DNA of 64,000 nucleotides from a virus. Lineage: Duplodnaviria > Caudoviricetes. The translations under genes and the position numbers were made by a program. The stretch is taken from the IMG/VR virus record IMGVR_UViG_3300042013_000103, one strand, 5' to 3'. Under the pieces are notes generated by a model that was given only the letters and a program-made list of their open reading frames with translations, was not told the DNA's origin and ran no database searches. Position 1 is the first letter of the stretch, and every line of letters begins with the position of its first letter. Below, in pieces: positions 25,088 to 35,347 of this stretch.

Positions 25088-27088
25088 TTACGCGCGTTTC
25101 AACAGGATAGCGCCTTCCACCAGGTACCCACGGATCACGTCCAGGTAAATGCCGTCAGCCGTGATCAGACGCATGCGGCGTTTGCCCAAGGCGTTCGCTT
25201 CTTTCGCACGCTTCCACATACCTTTAACGATTTCCACGATCAGTTCATTCGACTGACGGGCCAGCAGGACCGGCTCGCGTTGAATGTTCTGGGTGCAGAT
25301 GTCGGCCAACAGCCACGGCAGCTGGAAGTTGGTGTAGTGGTCGATGGCGAAGATGTCGTCACGATCGTCCCCGTCCATGGAGAAACGTTCCACGGTCAGG
25401 CCGCGGGCCAGGATCAGTGGGGTGGCGTTGGTGAGCAGGTCACGCAGTTCGGTGCTGTAGTGCTGGGCCAGCACGTCCATGAGCTCCACCACGTCGGTCG
25501 CGAACGATTCGATGGTGCAGTTCTTCACGGACAGGCTGTCACGCACAAAGGCGTTGACGGTGTCGGTCAGGCGCTTGTCCAGGAAACGGAAGTAGCGCGC
25601 GGGCAACAGGCCTTGGGCAACCAAAGCATTCAGTTCGTGTGCGGCCAAACCCAGCGAACCGGAGGTGGCGATCTTTTGCAGCTCTTCCATCGTGTCGAAG
25701 CTGATGTCGAGCTGGTGCATGCACATGCTCTGGTATTCGTGGGCCGGGACAATGTCGTCGGCATCGAGTTCCAGGAGCTCGCGAACTTTCTTCACGGCAG
25801 CCACTTCGTTTTCCAGGTCCGAGCAACCGACGAACGCGCTTTCCACAACCACCGGGTTGGTGGCTTGGGCCAGTTTGGTTTTGTCCACCATTGGCGCAGC
25901 CGGGATGGCGGCGACGGTTTCTTTGGAGATGTTCGCCAGCACGAACGCGTTGGCTTTCACCACGCCATTCGGGCGGTATGCTTGACGCTTCAGTTCGTCG
26001 TCGATTTCATGGTTCAGGTAGTTCAACATTGGGGACCACTCAACGAAAGTGTCCTTGATCGTCCCGTCCGGGAACTTGACCAAGAACCAGCAGTATTTCA
26101 ACGGGTCGGCCGCTGGGGTGTACGGGGCTTCGTCGCCCACGGTACGGCGCCAGTCAGGAACCAGGTGAGCGGGACAGATTTCGATGCCACCTGGGTTATA
26201 GATAAGGTCGAAAGGACGGTCCTTGTTTGGTGTGTAGCCCGTTGGGATATAATAGAACGGATCCACTTTGATCTGGGTGACGTCCATCGGCACCGGGAGG
26301 GTGGTGTCGAGGAACTTGACCGCTGGCGCAGCAGGTTGCTGAGAATGCATGATGGCGTTGCCCTGTTGTGGAGTGTTGGATTGACCGGAAGTCCACTCGG
26401 CCACTGGCACCATGACGTCCGGCGGAGGAATGTCCGCGTTGTCAGGGTAGTCCACGTAGCTGGTGGGGGCTGGGGCATGGTGGGCACCTTGCAGCGCCGT
26501 CCCCGAGAAGTTGTTCATGGCCATGTTGATTTGTGGACCCCCCATCACGCTCTGGGCTTGTTGCATGCCGCCCATCACACCGCCGCCCATGGTCGGGTTG
26601 TAACCCATGGGTGCTTGTTGACGGTTACGGAACGCTTGCAGGTCCTGCTGGATAGCCCCGATCATGTTGATCGATTCTTGCAGCTGTTGGATCATCGGCT
26701 GGGGGAACTGGCCGTTGTAGCCCTGTGGGTTGTTGGCGAAGGTCATGCCCAGGAAGCCTTTGTAGATCTGCTTCACGGCGATCGCCACGGCTTGTGCCGG
26801 GTTGTTGTACCCCGGTTGCCCTTGGGTGCACATCTGGAACTCACAGAAGTCAATGGCCATCTGGCACCATTGGTTCCACTGCGGGTTCTGGAAGTTGTTT
26901 TGGGCCAGGTGCTGCAGCGCGTGTTGGTGCAGGATGGTCTTGGCTGCTTGACCAGCCCCGCCGCCCGACATCATCACGGTTTGGAACAACCCTGCCATAA
27001 CAGCCTGAGCGACCCCCTGCTGCATCTGCATGAACTGCGACAACTGGACTTGGGCGGGTGGTACTTGCATCTGCTGTTGGTTGTACAT
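25088..27088 (-). CDS. Conserved phiKZ-like protein downstream of nvRNAP beta, with Q/N/M/P/G-rich N-terminal half
   Basis: 666 aa; strong codon bias; low-complexity N-terminus and globular C-terminus. Confidence 0.7.
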   Translation of the reverse strand: MYNQQQMQVPPAQVQLSQFMQMQQGVAQAVMAGLFQTVMMSGGGAGQAAKTILHQHALQHLAQNNFQNPQWNQWCQMAIDFCEFQMCTQGQPGYNNPAQAVAIAVKQIYKGFLGMTFANNPQGYNGQFPQPMIQQLQESINMIGAIQQDLQAFRNRQQAPMGYNPTMGGGVMGGMQQAQSVMGGPQINMAMNNFSGTALQGAHHAPAPTSYVDYPDNADIPPPDVMVPVAEWTSGQSNTPQQGNAIMHSQQPAAPAVKFLDTTLPVPMDVTQIKVDPFYYIPTGYTPNKDRPFDLIYNPGGIEICPAHLVPDWRRTVGDEAPYTPAADPLKYCWFLVKFPDGTIKDTFVEWSPMLNYLNHEIDDELKRQAYRPNGVVKANAFVLANISKETVAAIPAAPMVDKTKLAQATNPVVVESAFVGCSDLENEVAAVKKVRELLELDADDIVPAHEYQSMCMHQLDISFDTMEELQKIATSGSLGLAAHELNALVAQGLLPARYFRFLDKRLTDTVNAFVRDSLSVKNCTIESFATDVVELMDVLAQHYSTELRDLLTNATPLILARGLTVERFSMDGDDRDDIFAIDHYTNFQLPWLLADICTQNIQREPVLLARQSNELIVEIVKGMWKRAKEANALGKRRMRLITADGIYLDVIRGYLVEGAILLKRA

Positions 27089-27112
27089 GAAGGATACCTT
27101 TTAGCTGCGGAA

Positions 27113-28747
27113 TTATGGATTACGTTTAAAGCGTTTCTGGGTCCGGTCGATGAGCTCGCGGATCTCAGGACGGCGTTTGATCAACCCGGTGAAGTGCACG
27201 TTGGCGTACATGTTAAGACGCCCACGGCCATCGGGGTTGTTCTTCGGTTGGTTCTTGTACTGCACCACTTCGGCCAACGACGCGTGGATCAGACGAGAGC
27301 TGTCACCAATCAAAGACTTGTTATGGCCTTTGCTGGACTTCGCTCGGTCTTGTGGGACCAGCAACGACGTGACCCGAATGACTTTGTTGTCCCCTGGGAT
27401 GTTCAGCGTATCGAACTCGCCGTGTTCCGAGGTCAGCTTCTTGATACACGTGTTGAGTTTGAACGACCGCTTGAGGCCTTCGTTCAAGGCTTGTGCGGTC
27501 CAGACAATGTCCCGACGCGATTGGAACATGTACGCAAACATACTGACGGCGTAGTTGAACTCGTCCATCACGTAGCGCAACACCGACAGTCGCTTGTTGT
27601 ACATGGACGTTTCATCAATGTCCGTGTCGTAGAAGTGGTGCGCCATCTTGGTCAACAAGCAATGCAGCAGTTCCCAGATGTCCGTGACCTCAATGCCGAC
27701 GGTCGCCAGTTCATCAATGGTCATGCCATCCAGGGATTTGTCAAACCCCGCCAAGTGCGTTTCGATGTTCTCTTCCACCTTGCCTTGGTGTTCGAAATCC
27801 CCGAAGACCATGTGGCCGAGCAACGTCCGCCAGAGCTTGTAGTTGTCCGCCCACGACGGTTCCACGAAGCGCCCTGGAAAGACATCGACCACGTACCAGA
27901 AACCCGCCACCAGCGACGACACGAGCTCCGAGTCTTGGTGGGTTGGAATCACCAACACCATGTCACCGGTAGGGTGCTTGCCCAGCAACGAGGCGGACTG
28001 GAACACAGTCCATTGGTCACGGGGGTATTGTGCTTCCGGGAAGTCTTTCAGGTACCCGATCTGCACGTCCGCGTTCGCCCAACGCTTGAAAGTCTGGATC
28101 ACCCCAAACTGGCAGAAGAAGTAATGCGCGATGCACGACTCAATCCGTTCCCGTTGGTTGAGGTCTTTCTTGGTGCGTTTCCCCATTTCGTTGTGGATTT
28201 GACTCCAGATCACGTAACGGATTTCACGCTTCCCATTTTTGAAGAAGTGTTTGTCGGTTTGCTTGAACGTTAGCTTGGTGCGCCGAAACGGAATGAAGAT
28301 CGCACCATTGAGGACCGAGAACCCCACGTCGGTGGCCACTGGAGAAACGGTGTACGACGCTCCGTTCAACGTGGTGATGCCACCGGGCCTTACAAACGGC
28401 AACAGCACGCACCGGGGCATCAGATCGATCCCTTGGTACGAGAACTGCAGCTCCACCATGTACGTGTTCGAGGGCGCAATGTTGGCAATGCGCTTCGAGC
28501 CGTACTCCCGTGTGATCTCGGCGAAGTGCCGGAACGGATCACACATCTTGTTCCCTTTGTACTTAAAGTCTTTCGGGAACAAGGCCGTGTTGATATGGAA
28601 CAGTTGATCGATGTACTTACGGGTGTTATTCAAGCCCGTTTCTAAATCGTCGATCGTCATCATGTGCTCGCACGCCAAGCCTTCAGCTAAGGACTTGTTG
28701 AATGCGGGCGTCCGGTCTTTGATACGTTTAATGAGTTCCACGTCCAT
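27113..28747 (-). CDS. Non-virion RNA polymerase beta subunit, N-terminal part (phiKZ gp123-like)
   Basis: 544 aa; ILLPFV..GG, YTVSPVATD, TSEHGEF, HASLAEV..Y, PDGRGRLN motifs; position downstream of the MCP. Confidence 0.85.
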   Translation of the reverse strand: MDVELIKRIKDRTPAFNKSLAEGLACEHMMTIDDLETGLNNTRKYIDQLFHINTALFPKDFKYKGNKMCDPFRHFAEITREYGSKRIANIAPSNTYMVELQFSYQGIDLMPRCVLLPFVRPGGITTLNGASYTVSPVATDVGFSVLNGAIFIPFRRTKLTFKQTDKHFFKNGKREIRYVIWSQIHNEMGKRTKKDLNQRERIESCIAHYFFCQFGVIQTFKRWANADVQIGYLKDFPEAQYPRDQWTVFQSASLLGKHPTGDMVLVIPTHQDSELVSSLVAGFWYVVDVFPGRFVEPSWADNYKLWRTLLGHMVFGDFEHQGKVEENIETHLAGFDKSLDGMTIDELATVGIEVTDIWELLHCLLTKMAHHFYDTDIDETSMYNKRLSVLRYVMDEFNYAVSMFAYMFQSRRDIVWTAQALNEGLKRSFKLNTCIKKLTSEHGEFDTLNIPGDNKVIRVTSLLVPQDRAKSSKGHNKSLIGDSSRLIHASLAEVVQYKNQPKNNPDGRGRLNMYANVHFTGLIKRRPEIRELIDRTQKRFKRNP

Positions 28748-28757
28748 TCGATGCTAC

Positions 28758-29894
28758 CTACTGATCATACGACGATTTTACTTTTTGGTAGTTGGTGCGT
28801 GCAGTAGATACGTGGTTAGTAAGTGATGCGATACGTCCCAGGTAGTCCACCCCGATCCTCAACCATTTCCCCAGCGGACCCAGTGCAGCCATGATCTCCC
28901 GTTCATCGTTAATGCGACTCCGTTCATTCCCCACTTTCAACCCATCCACATCCAATTTGCGCCCTTCCAGTTCCAACCGCCGAATGTCCAAGGCCAGCTT
29001 CCTTTCCGTGATGGAAACGTAGTCGTGGTCAAACAAAGCGTAGAACCGGTCTTGGTCGTCCTTATCTTTGGGATCCGCGCCCATCGATACGCGGAGCCGC
29101 TCTATGTCCAAGAAGAACCCATATTCCCGATAGTCTTCTGGAGCAATGTACTTCACGTGGACATCATTCTCAAACAGCAATGTGCCCTCCCGCGCACCGT
29201 ACTTTCGAATGTAGATCCCATCTGCCCGTTCCGGGTCTTGTACGGGTTCCAGAAACTCGATCTCATTGCGCACCCGGTAGTACAAACGTTTCGCCCGTTT
29301 GGACGAACTGACGTACGTGCTGACGGTGCCGAACGACAGGTGTTCTTCTACGTCCCTGCCTTTAAACAAGGTTTGTTGCTGAGTCCGGTGCTGGGTCAGG
29401 ACAATGTTGTCCCGATAGCGTGGGTCCCAAATGGTCATGCCCAGTTCTTCCAGATAGATCCCGTTCACGGCATCCCGGATAACGTGCCCTTCCAATTCAA
29501 AGAACACGTCGTATTCAAAGCAGCGTGTGGCGCACAGCTGGTTGTCGTTAATGGCTTTGGCAATGGTGCGTTCAAACCCTTCGTCAAACCACGGGTAGTT
29601 GGCCCGCATCATCTCGAAGTCAAACTTCACGTCCCCGGAAATCTTGAACGTGACCTGCACCACCACCCGGTCCCCCGTCTGGTGTAAATCCGAACAGGGT
29701 TGGATCTGTCCCGCAAAGCCCATGGACGTTGCCGAGGCGTAGCGGTAGCGACTGAGGTTGTACACGTTCGCCGTGATGGTAATGTCAGGAAAGAAACCAC
29801 CGCCATTGTGCCGCGTCCGCGTTTGGTGAAACGCCAACGGGCAATTGACCGCCGGTGGGCCGGTAACGTAGAGGGGTTCAATGGATTCTTGCAC
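28758..29894 (-). CDS. Conserved hypothetical protein (phiKZ gp122 position)
   Basis: 378 aa with C-terminal coiled coil; synteny. Confidence 0.6.
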   Translation of the reverse strand: MQESIEPLYVTGPPAVNCPLAFHQTRTRHNGGGFFPDITITANVYNLSRYRYASATSMGFAGQIQPCSDLHQTGDRVVVQVTFKISGDVKFDFEMMRANYPWFDEGFERTIAKAINDNQLCATRCFEYDVFFELEGHVIRDAVNGIYLEELGMTIWDPRYRDNIVLTQHRTQQQTLFKGRDVEEHLSFGTVSTYVSSSKRAKRLYYRVRNEIEFLEPVQDPERADGIYIRKYGAREGTLLFENDVHVKYIAPEDYREYGFFLDIERLRVSMGADPKDKDDQDRFYALFDHDYVSITERKLALDIRRLELEGRKLDVDGLKVGNERSRINDEREIMAALGPLGKWLRIGVDYLGRIASLTNHVSTARTNYQKVKSSYDQ

Positions 29895-30552
29895 GGATAG
29901 CCCCTCCTGTGAAGGCCAGCTGTTTGAGGGACATCACAAGTGGACCGGTATTCCGCCGATGGTCCCCGTTCGTTTCTTCCGCCTTAGGAGCACCAGCTCG
30001 GGTTGGGATTGAAGTCGTACTTCTTGATACCTCGAGTTCAACCCCTGAGGAGCACTTTGCTGGGAGTACCTCCGCAACAACTGGTACAGCAGCGGGAGCG
30101 TCTGGGACGGCTCCTGCAGGTCCGAGAATACAATCGCTCGGTTGTTCGGGTGCCCCGAGAAATCGACTGGGGGTGGTGTCCACCTCCTGGTCCCCTGGGG
30201 TCGTTACGGCAGCGATCTTTGCCAACAGTTGAGGCGGCATAAACCCAGCATTCGAAATGCCGGTGTAAGAAGTAATGTGGTGCTGTAATCCAGACAGCGG
30301 TGGGGGACTCACAGAGTTATAGCGTCCGGTATAATCTTGTTTTGACAGGGGGTCCTCGCTCAGATAGTCAACGAATATCTCACACAATTCCGTTTGCATT
30401 GAAGGGGTTAGCGGCTGGGTCATTTCAATGACCAGTTCCGCCGCGTGGTTTACAGCCAGGTCATGTGCTTCCATGACGAATGCATGGGTCAGCGCAATGC
30501 CCGTATCCAGTGCCGCTTCCAGCACGGCGCCTAGGCGTTCAAAGTAATTCAT
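29878..30552 (-). CDS. Hypothetical protein with Pro/Ala-rich C-terminus
   Basis: AAGGGA SD; first gene after the early-type promoter at 30605. Confidence 0.55.
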   Translation of the reverse strand: MNYFERLGAVLEAALDTGIALTHAFVMEAHDLAVNHAAELVIEMTQPLTPSMQTELCEIFVDYLSEDPLSKQDYTGRYNSVSPPPLSGLQHHITSYTGISNAGFMPPQLLAKIAAVTTPGDQEVDTTPSRFLGAPEQPSDCILGPAGAVPDAPAAVPVVAEVLPAKCSSGVELEVSRSTTSIPTRAGAPKAEETNGDHRRNTGPLVMSLKQLAFTGGAIRARIH

Positions 30553-30599
30553 GGTTAGTCCCTTAGATAAAAAGATAATAGGCTAAGCTCTTTGCGTCC

Positions 30600-30625
30600 C
30601 TTCTGTAATATAGTTCTGACTTTTT
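30600..30625 (-). promoter_or_regulatory. phiKZ-type early promoter (TATATTAC)
   Basis: Minus strand reads AAAAAGTCAGAACTATATTACAGAAG; matches the published phiKZ early consensus; points at the nvRNAP beta operon. Confidence 0.7.
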
Positions 30626-30642
30626 TTATAATGCATCGAACG

Positions 30643-30673
30643 GCATAAAGCCTCCCCGGAGGGAGGCTTTATG
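30643..30673. terminator. Hairpin terminator downstream of the major capsid gene
   Basis: CATAAAGCCTCCC-CGGA-GGGAGGCTTTATG inverted repeat. Confidence 0.8.
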
Positions 30674-30761
30674 AATGTTACCCTAGGTATCGCTTGGTAA
30701 CACCGTCTTCTAGGTACCGGAAAAGACCGCCTTCTACAAGACGGACATTAACCGGATTCCT

Positions 30762-33008
30762 TCAAGGCTGCAGAGCTTCGATCAGCGGCTTGTTGAAGCG
30801 GGATTCGCCCATCACTTCTTGGAAGCCAGTGATGTCGATTTCGATTGCGAACGGAATGTTGTTGACGTGCAGGTTGAACGGGATCGCAGCGATCTCGCGG
30901 GTAACCTGGTTGCCGCCACGGGTGATCGGCAGGTCAGCAATCACGGTCGGAACGTAGTAGAACTGACCGAACGACAGGATGTCGTTTTCCTGTGGGTTCT
31001 TGCGAGTTGGGATGATTACCAGCTTGCCGTCCCACAGTTCGTTGTTGGTGCACACCAGGTCGTATTCCAGCACAGCGCCGAGGGTACGGTCATCGCCCTG
31101 AGTCATCAGGTAGTTGCCGATCTCTTTGTCAGCCAGGAACAGGAACATTGGCTTCTCATCTTGGTTGCCCGAGATGACGCGGAATGCAGCTTCGATGTTC
31201 GAATCGCGGTAGGCCGGGAACAGCTTGCCTTTCGCGAAGTTGAGGATCGCGTTGCAGACGTCGGACCAACGATCGGTCGAAGTCAGGGTGTCGATCACGT
31301 CAGGCAGGTGCAGCGCGCCGTAACGGTAGGTGGTGCGGATCATGGTGCTGAGAGCGCCTTCCACTTCGCCGAAAGCAGGACGGTCGAAACCGTTACCAGT
31401 TGCTTCTTTCAGCTGACCCAGGTAGTTCAGCAGGCGAGTGATCGCGTTGTTGCTGTTACGCAGGTTGGTGTTGACGGTCAGAGCTTTGACCACTTCGCCT
31501 GGACCTTCGTCATCCAGAGTCGACATCGGCAGGGTAACCGGCGCGTGCATCGGGATTGGGTGACGGAACTGCAGGGCGCGGGTTTGCAGCAGGTGGCCGC
31601 GCTGACGACGGTTGGTGTTGGTGAAACGCAGATCGAGCTCGTAGCCGATCACTTCCAGGTCGCCCAGGGCGGTGATCATGGCCAGGCCAGCACCGGTGGT
31701 CAGGTCGATACGGTTACGGTCTTCGTCGCGGATCTCGGCAACTTCAATGCCGCCATCGGAGAAGCGTGCGTCACCGCGGGACAGACTCACGTGACCGGTG
31801 AAGGTGCAGCTCAGGCGCATGTTCCACTTGGAAGCAGCGAGTTGAGCCATGACCGCGGTAACCGATTCGTCGGTCGCTTTGGTCGAACCGTTGACCGGCA
31901 GGCTTTCGGTGGTGAACACCAGTTGCGAAGTGCGGGTGTCGCCGACCAGTGCAGGCTGGAACACAGCCGATGGCATGCGGTCAACCTTGAACTTGACAAC
32001 CTTGCCGTCGAACTTGACGTACAGGTGCTTCAGACGACCAGCAGGATCGATGGTGTCGGAAATGTCCAGCTGGCCTTTGTTGATCAGCAGGTTGGCGTTG
32101 GAGTTGCCCATCAGGTCGATCTTGACGCCCGGCAGCAGCGGAGCGGTGGTGATCGACAGGTTCTGGTCGTTGATGATGGTGACAGGTGGCACCAGCAGTG
32201 GGTCCGCGAAGAACGCGACGTTGCTGTTGTCCGGGCTGATAGCCGGGATCAGTGCGGTGGAGCTGTCGTCCAGGATCGAAGGGTCACGGTAAGCTTCTAC
32301 CATGTTCACTTCTTTGTTTTCCAGGCGCACGCCAGACACAGCGTGGTGGACGTCTTTCATGATCGCGATGTACGGCAGGATCTGAACAACGCCGCCTTCG
32401 ATTGGGTTGACGATGGTGGTCGGGTAAACGCGTTCAGCGAACTCGTCCTGCACCGGGGAACCCAGGTTGTAAGCCACGGTCACAACGCGGTAGTCGCGCT
32501 GGGATTTTTCGTTGTAGTTTTCCAGGCCTTGGCCGTTTTGGAAAACCTGCATCGAACCGGCGGCGCCTTCGAAGTTGTGAGTCACGTTGAACACGTTAGG
32601 GTCATTGCTGACCGACTCAACCGAGACCTTGCGCAGGGCTTTGATGTAGTGGCTTTCGTTGGAGCACGCGATCGCAGCGATGGACGCCGAAGTGATGCGG
32701 TTGTCGTGAATGCGTTGCTCTTCACGGGTCATCGGCTCTTTACGGCCATCCAGGTGGGCTTCGAAACCGAAGCGCTTCAGCAGGGAAGTCAGGCCGCGGT
32801 AGATGCCTTGGGCTTCTTTGGCTTCATCACCGGAAACGGCGCCGAAGGATTCCATGCCAACGGATTTCACCAGGTTGCTGCCTTGGGACAGGATGCTGTC
32901 AGCCAGGCCGGCGGTCGCGGTGAGTTCGTTGGTGAAGTCTTCCATGGAGAAGCGGGTGTAGGTCGCAGCGGAATCCGCTTTAAACATCTGCTTTGCTGTA
33001 TGTTTCAT
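30762..33008 (-). CDS. Major capsid protein (phiKZ gp120-like)
   Basis: ~748 aa; QDEFAE..YPT, LENYNEKSQ, LDISDTIDP, RQRGHLL, IAAIPFNLHVNNIPF motifs; strongest codon bias; AAGGA SD at MKHT. Confidence 0.93.
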   Translation of the reverse strand: MKHTAKQMFKADSAATYTRFSMEDFTNELTATAGLADSILSQGSNLVKSVGMESFGAVSGDEAKEAQGIYRGLTSLLKRFGFEAHLDGRKEPMTREEQRIHDNRITSASIAAIACSNESHYIKALRKVSVESVSNDPNVFNVTHNFEGAAGSMQVFQNGQGLENYNEKSQRDYRVVTVAYNLGSPVQDEFAERVYPTTIVNPIEGGVVQILPYIAIMKDVHHAVSGVRLENKEVNMVEAYRDPSILDDSSTALIPAISPDNSNVAFFADPLLVPPVTIINDQNLSITTAPLLPGVKIDLMGNSNANLLINKGQLDISDTIDPAGRLKHLYVKFDGKVVKFKVDRMPSAVFQPALVGDTRTSQLVFTTESLPVNGSTKATDESVTAVMAQLAASKWNMRLSCTFTGHVSLSRGDARFSDGGIEVAEIRDEDRNRIDLTTGAGLAMITALGDLEVIGYELDLRFTNTNRRQRGHLLQTRALQFRHPIPMHAPVTLPMSTLDDEGPGEVVKALTVNTNLRNSNNAITRLLNYLGQLKEATGNGFDRPAFGEVEGALSTMIRTTYRYGALHLPDVIDTLTSTDRWSDVCNAILNFAKGKLFPAYRDSNIEAAFRVISGNQDEKPMFLFLADKEIGNYLMTQGDDRTLGAVLEYDLVCTNNELWDGKLVIIPTRKNPQENDILSFGQFYYVPTVIADLPITRGGNQVTREIAAIPFNLHVNNIPFAIEIDITGFQEVMGESRFNKPLIEALQP

Positions 33009-33072
33009 GTTGCATTCCTTCGAAGGATGAAAGTATGGTTTGCTAAGCGCAATCAATCTGGCAGCCGGGTAT

Positions 33073-33627
33073 CTAGTCTACCCGCTGGGATTCCAAATAA
33101 TTAGTGAAGATTTTGGTCGCTGCTACGAGTTCAAATGAACGGTTTCTCAACAGCTCGCCAATCACGCTATCAAAGAAATCGCGATTGACCTTAACCGAGA
33201 GTCGACTTGGATCGCCTATAACATCATGCAACCTCTGCTGCACTGCAACCCACAGATTCTCATCTACAGGATAAAGGGTATAAGAGCGAATGGTGCGCGC
33301 GCTCGTCCCTTGACGTAAATGCAAGCTTTGCATACGTCCCTCTAAACGATTGTGCAACTCACGCCACTTCGCTTGGTACGCGTCGAGGGTGGCTGCACTC
33401 TTTGCCAGCAGTGCCAAAGGAGGCTCTGCCAAGCAGACATCGAGTACCGAACAGAACTCAATGGTGAAATTGTCATGGGCGTCCTGCATTTCTGCCAGGT
33501 CCGTCACCGAGCTAACTTCTGTTATATAGTTGGTATCACACAGTTTACTGAACTGGACACCATCCGTCTTGTAACGGTCGTAAGTGGACGCGGGTAACAC
33601 AATTAACCTGGTCATGGAAGCAAGCAC
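33073..33627 (-). CDS. Conserved hypothetical protein between DnaB and MCP
   Basis: 184 aa; synteny with phiKZ gp119. Confidence 0.55.
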   Translation of the reverse strand: MLASMTRLIVLPASTYDRYKTDGVQFSKLCDTNYITEVSSVTDLAEMQDAHDNFTIEFCSVLDVCLAEPPLALLAKSAATLDAYQAKWRELHNRLEGRMQSLHLRQGTSARTIRSYTLYPVDENLWVAVQQRLHDVIGDPSRLSVKVNRDFFDSVIGELLRNRSFELVAATKIFTNYLESQRVD

Positions 33628-33752
33628 CTATAATGGAGATTAGGCTAACGTAATGAATACATACTGTTACGTACACACACGGGCGACATTTTACTAACCC
33701 TGCTTATGGTACATAGAGGTCTACATTATTTTTGCAGCAAGGAAATGGATAA

Positions 33753-35291
33753 ATGGCATCTCCAAAACAACTCATGATTAGCTGTGTTACCTTGCTCTGC
33801 TTGGAGCACCGAGACGATTCACCGGCGTCACCATCCACTGAGCTGATCAATGAAGTTATCGAAACGTTGCCTGTCAAGGAAACCACGGTTGACATCGACC
33901 ATGGCATGCAGACCTTTATGGAGCTGCGCAAGCTGGTTCAAGAACTGAACCGCAAACTGAAGACCCAGTTCCCGTCGACCTCTGAAGTCATGCAGATGAT
34001 TCAGATCAGCTGCCGGGAAGAAGTGTTCCTGTACGAAGCGGCCCGTGACGCTATTAATGAAGACTTCCCGGATGGGCAGTCCATTATGCGCCGGGTGAAC
34101 TCGTACCGTTCCACGCTGCACACGTACATGAACGAAGAACGCATCAAAGCGTTGGTCAAGGACTGCTCAGCGAAGCTGCTGTTCAACCGTGGCGGTGCGG
34201 TGGATCCAGCGGCGCTCGTGAACGACATGGTGGAAAAAGTCGCCCCGTACCTGAAAGCCCGTTCGGAGATGCGTCACCCGGCTGAGATTGGGTCCATGGA
34301 CTTCTCCAACCCCACCGGTGTGGCGGACTACTTCGAGTCGGTGAAGAACACGCTCTCGTCGGAAGGTGCCTTCAAGACTGGTTGGAAAGGCTTTAACCGC
34401 ATGCTGGGCAAACTGGGGGCCATGCGTCGGGGTGAGTTCATCTTAGGTGGTGGTCTACAGCACAACTTTAAAACGGGGTTGTCCCTGGCGTTATTCTGTC
34501 ACGTGTGTTTGTTCAACAAACCGTTCATGCGGGACAAGAACAAGAAACCCATGGTGTTGTTCGTCACCCTCGAGAACGAGATCCCGGACAACCTGCTGAT
34601 CATCTACGCCTACATCAAAGAAAACGAAACCGGCGAGAAGGTCGACGTTGGGCTGATCAACAAACAGGAAGCGGCTGATTACGTGTGTGCCCGGATGGAA
34701 GAAACCGGGTTCACCGTGAAGATGGTGCGCTTTGACCCTTCGGACTTTAGCATTGGGGGCTTCACCAACTACCTCGATGGGATTCAGGCACAGGGTTTTG
34801 AGATTCAGTACCTGTGCGTGGACTACCTCAACATGCTGCCGAAGACGGGGCTGGACGCACAAGTGGCCGGCGATGACATTCGCTTGCTGTTCCGTCGGAT
34901 GCGCAACTACACCACGCCTCGGGGCATTACCTTCTTCAGTCCCCACCAGCTCTCCTCGGACGCCCTCCAGCTTTCGCGAGAGAACACCGAGGACTTGGTT
35001 AAGGTGGTGGCGAACCGTGGCTACTACGACGGTTGCCGACGTCTGGGCCAGGAACCCGATTTGGAGATCCTGTTCCATATTGTGAAGATGGGGGGCAAAT
35101 CGTACTTCACCGTACAACGGGGCAAACACCGGAACACCGTAACCCGTGCGGAAGACCAGTACTTCGTGTTGCCGTTCCAAGACATCGGGACCATCCCGTG
35201 GGACATCGACAAAGACGAAGACTACACCCTGTCCGCCGTGGGGCGTAAACAAGGGGCCGACGGCGACGAGTTCGACGACAGCTGGGCGTAA
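33753..35291 (+). CDS. dnaB: DnaB-like replicative helicase
   Basis: TGWKGFNRMLG, RRGEF..GGLQHNFKTG (phiKZ-type Walker A), TLENE, VDYLNM, HQLS, QRGKHR. Confidence 0.9.
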   Translation: MASPKQLMISCVTLLCLEHRDDSPASPSTELINEVIETLPVKETTVDIDHGMQTFMELRKLVQELNRKLKTQFPSTSEVMQMIQISCREEVFLYEAARDAINEDFPDGQSIMRRVNSYRSTLHTYMNEERIKALVKDCSAKLLFNRGGAVDPAALVNDMVEKVAPYLKARSEMRHPAEIGSMDFSNPTGVADYFESVKNTLSSEGAFKTGWKGFNRMLGKLGAMRRGEFILGGGLQHNFKTGLSLALFCHVCLFNKPFMRDKNKKPMVLFVTLENEIPDNLLIIYAYIKENETGEKVDVGLINKQEAADYVCARMEETGFTVKMVRFDPSDFSIGGFTNYLDGIQAQGFEIQYLCVDYLNMLPKTGLDAQVAGDDIRLLFRRMRNYTTPRGITFFSPHQLSSDALQLSRENTEDLVKVVANRGYYDGCRRLGQEPDLEILFHIVKMGGKSYFTVQRGKHRNTVTRAEDQYFVLPFQDIGTIPWDIDKDEDYTLSAVGRKQGADGDEFDDSWA

Positions 35292-35305
35292 GACAAAAAA
35301 AATAA

Positions 35306-35345
35306 GGCATAAGCCCCCTCCGCGATGGAGGGGGCAATATGTCGT
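35306..35345. terminator. Bidirectional hairpin, identical to 22967-23006
   Basis: Same 40-bp sequence, again between convergent genes. Confidence 0.8.
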
Positions 35346-35347
35346 GT

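Noticed and set aside
24830-28273. 1147-aa plus-strand ORF
   Set aside because: Antisense shadow of codon-biased minus-strand genes; no motifs or SD.
33016-33027. TCCTTCGAAGGA palindrome over the MCP SD
   Set aside because: Only a 4-bp stem with a realistic loop; too weak to call regulatory.
30819-33104. 761-aa plus-strand ORF
   Set aside because: Shadow of the major capsid gene.
27113-35291. Inteins or introns in RNAP beta, MCP or DnaB
   Set aside because: Lengths match the expected family sizes; no Hint or LAGLIDADG motifs seen.
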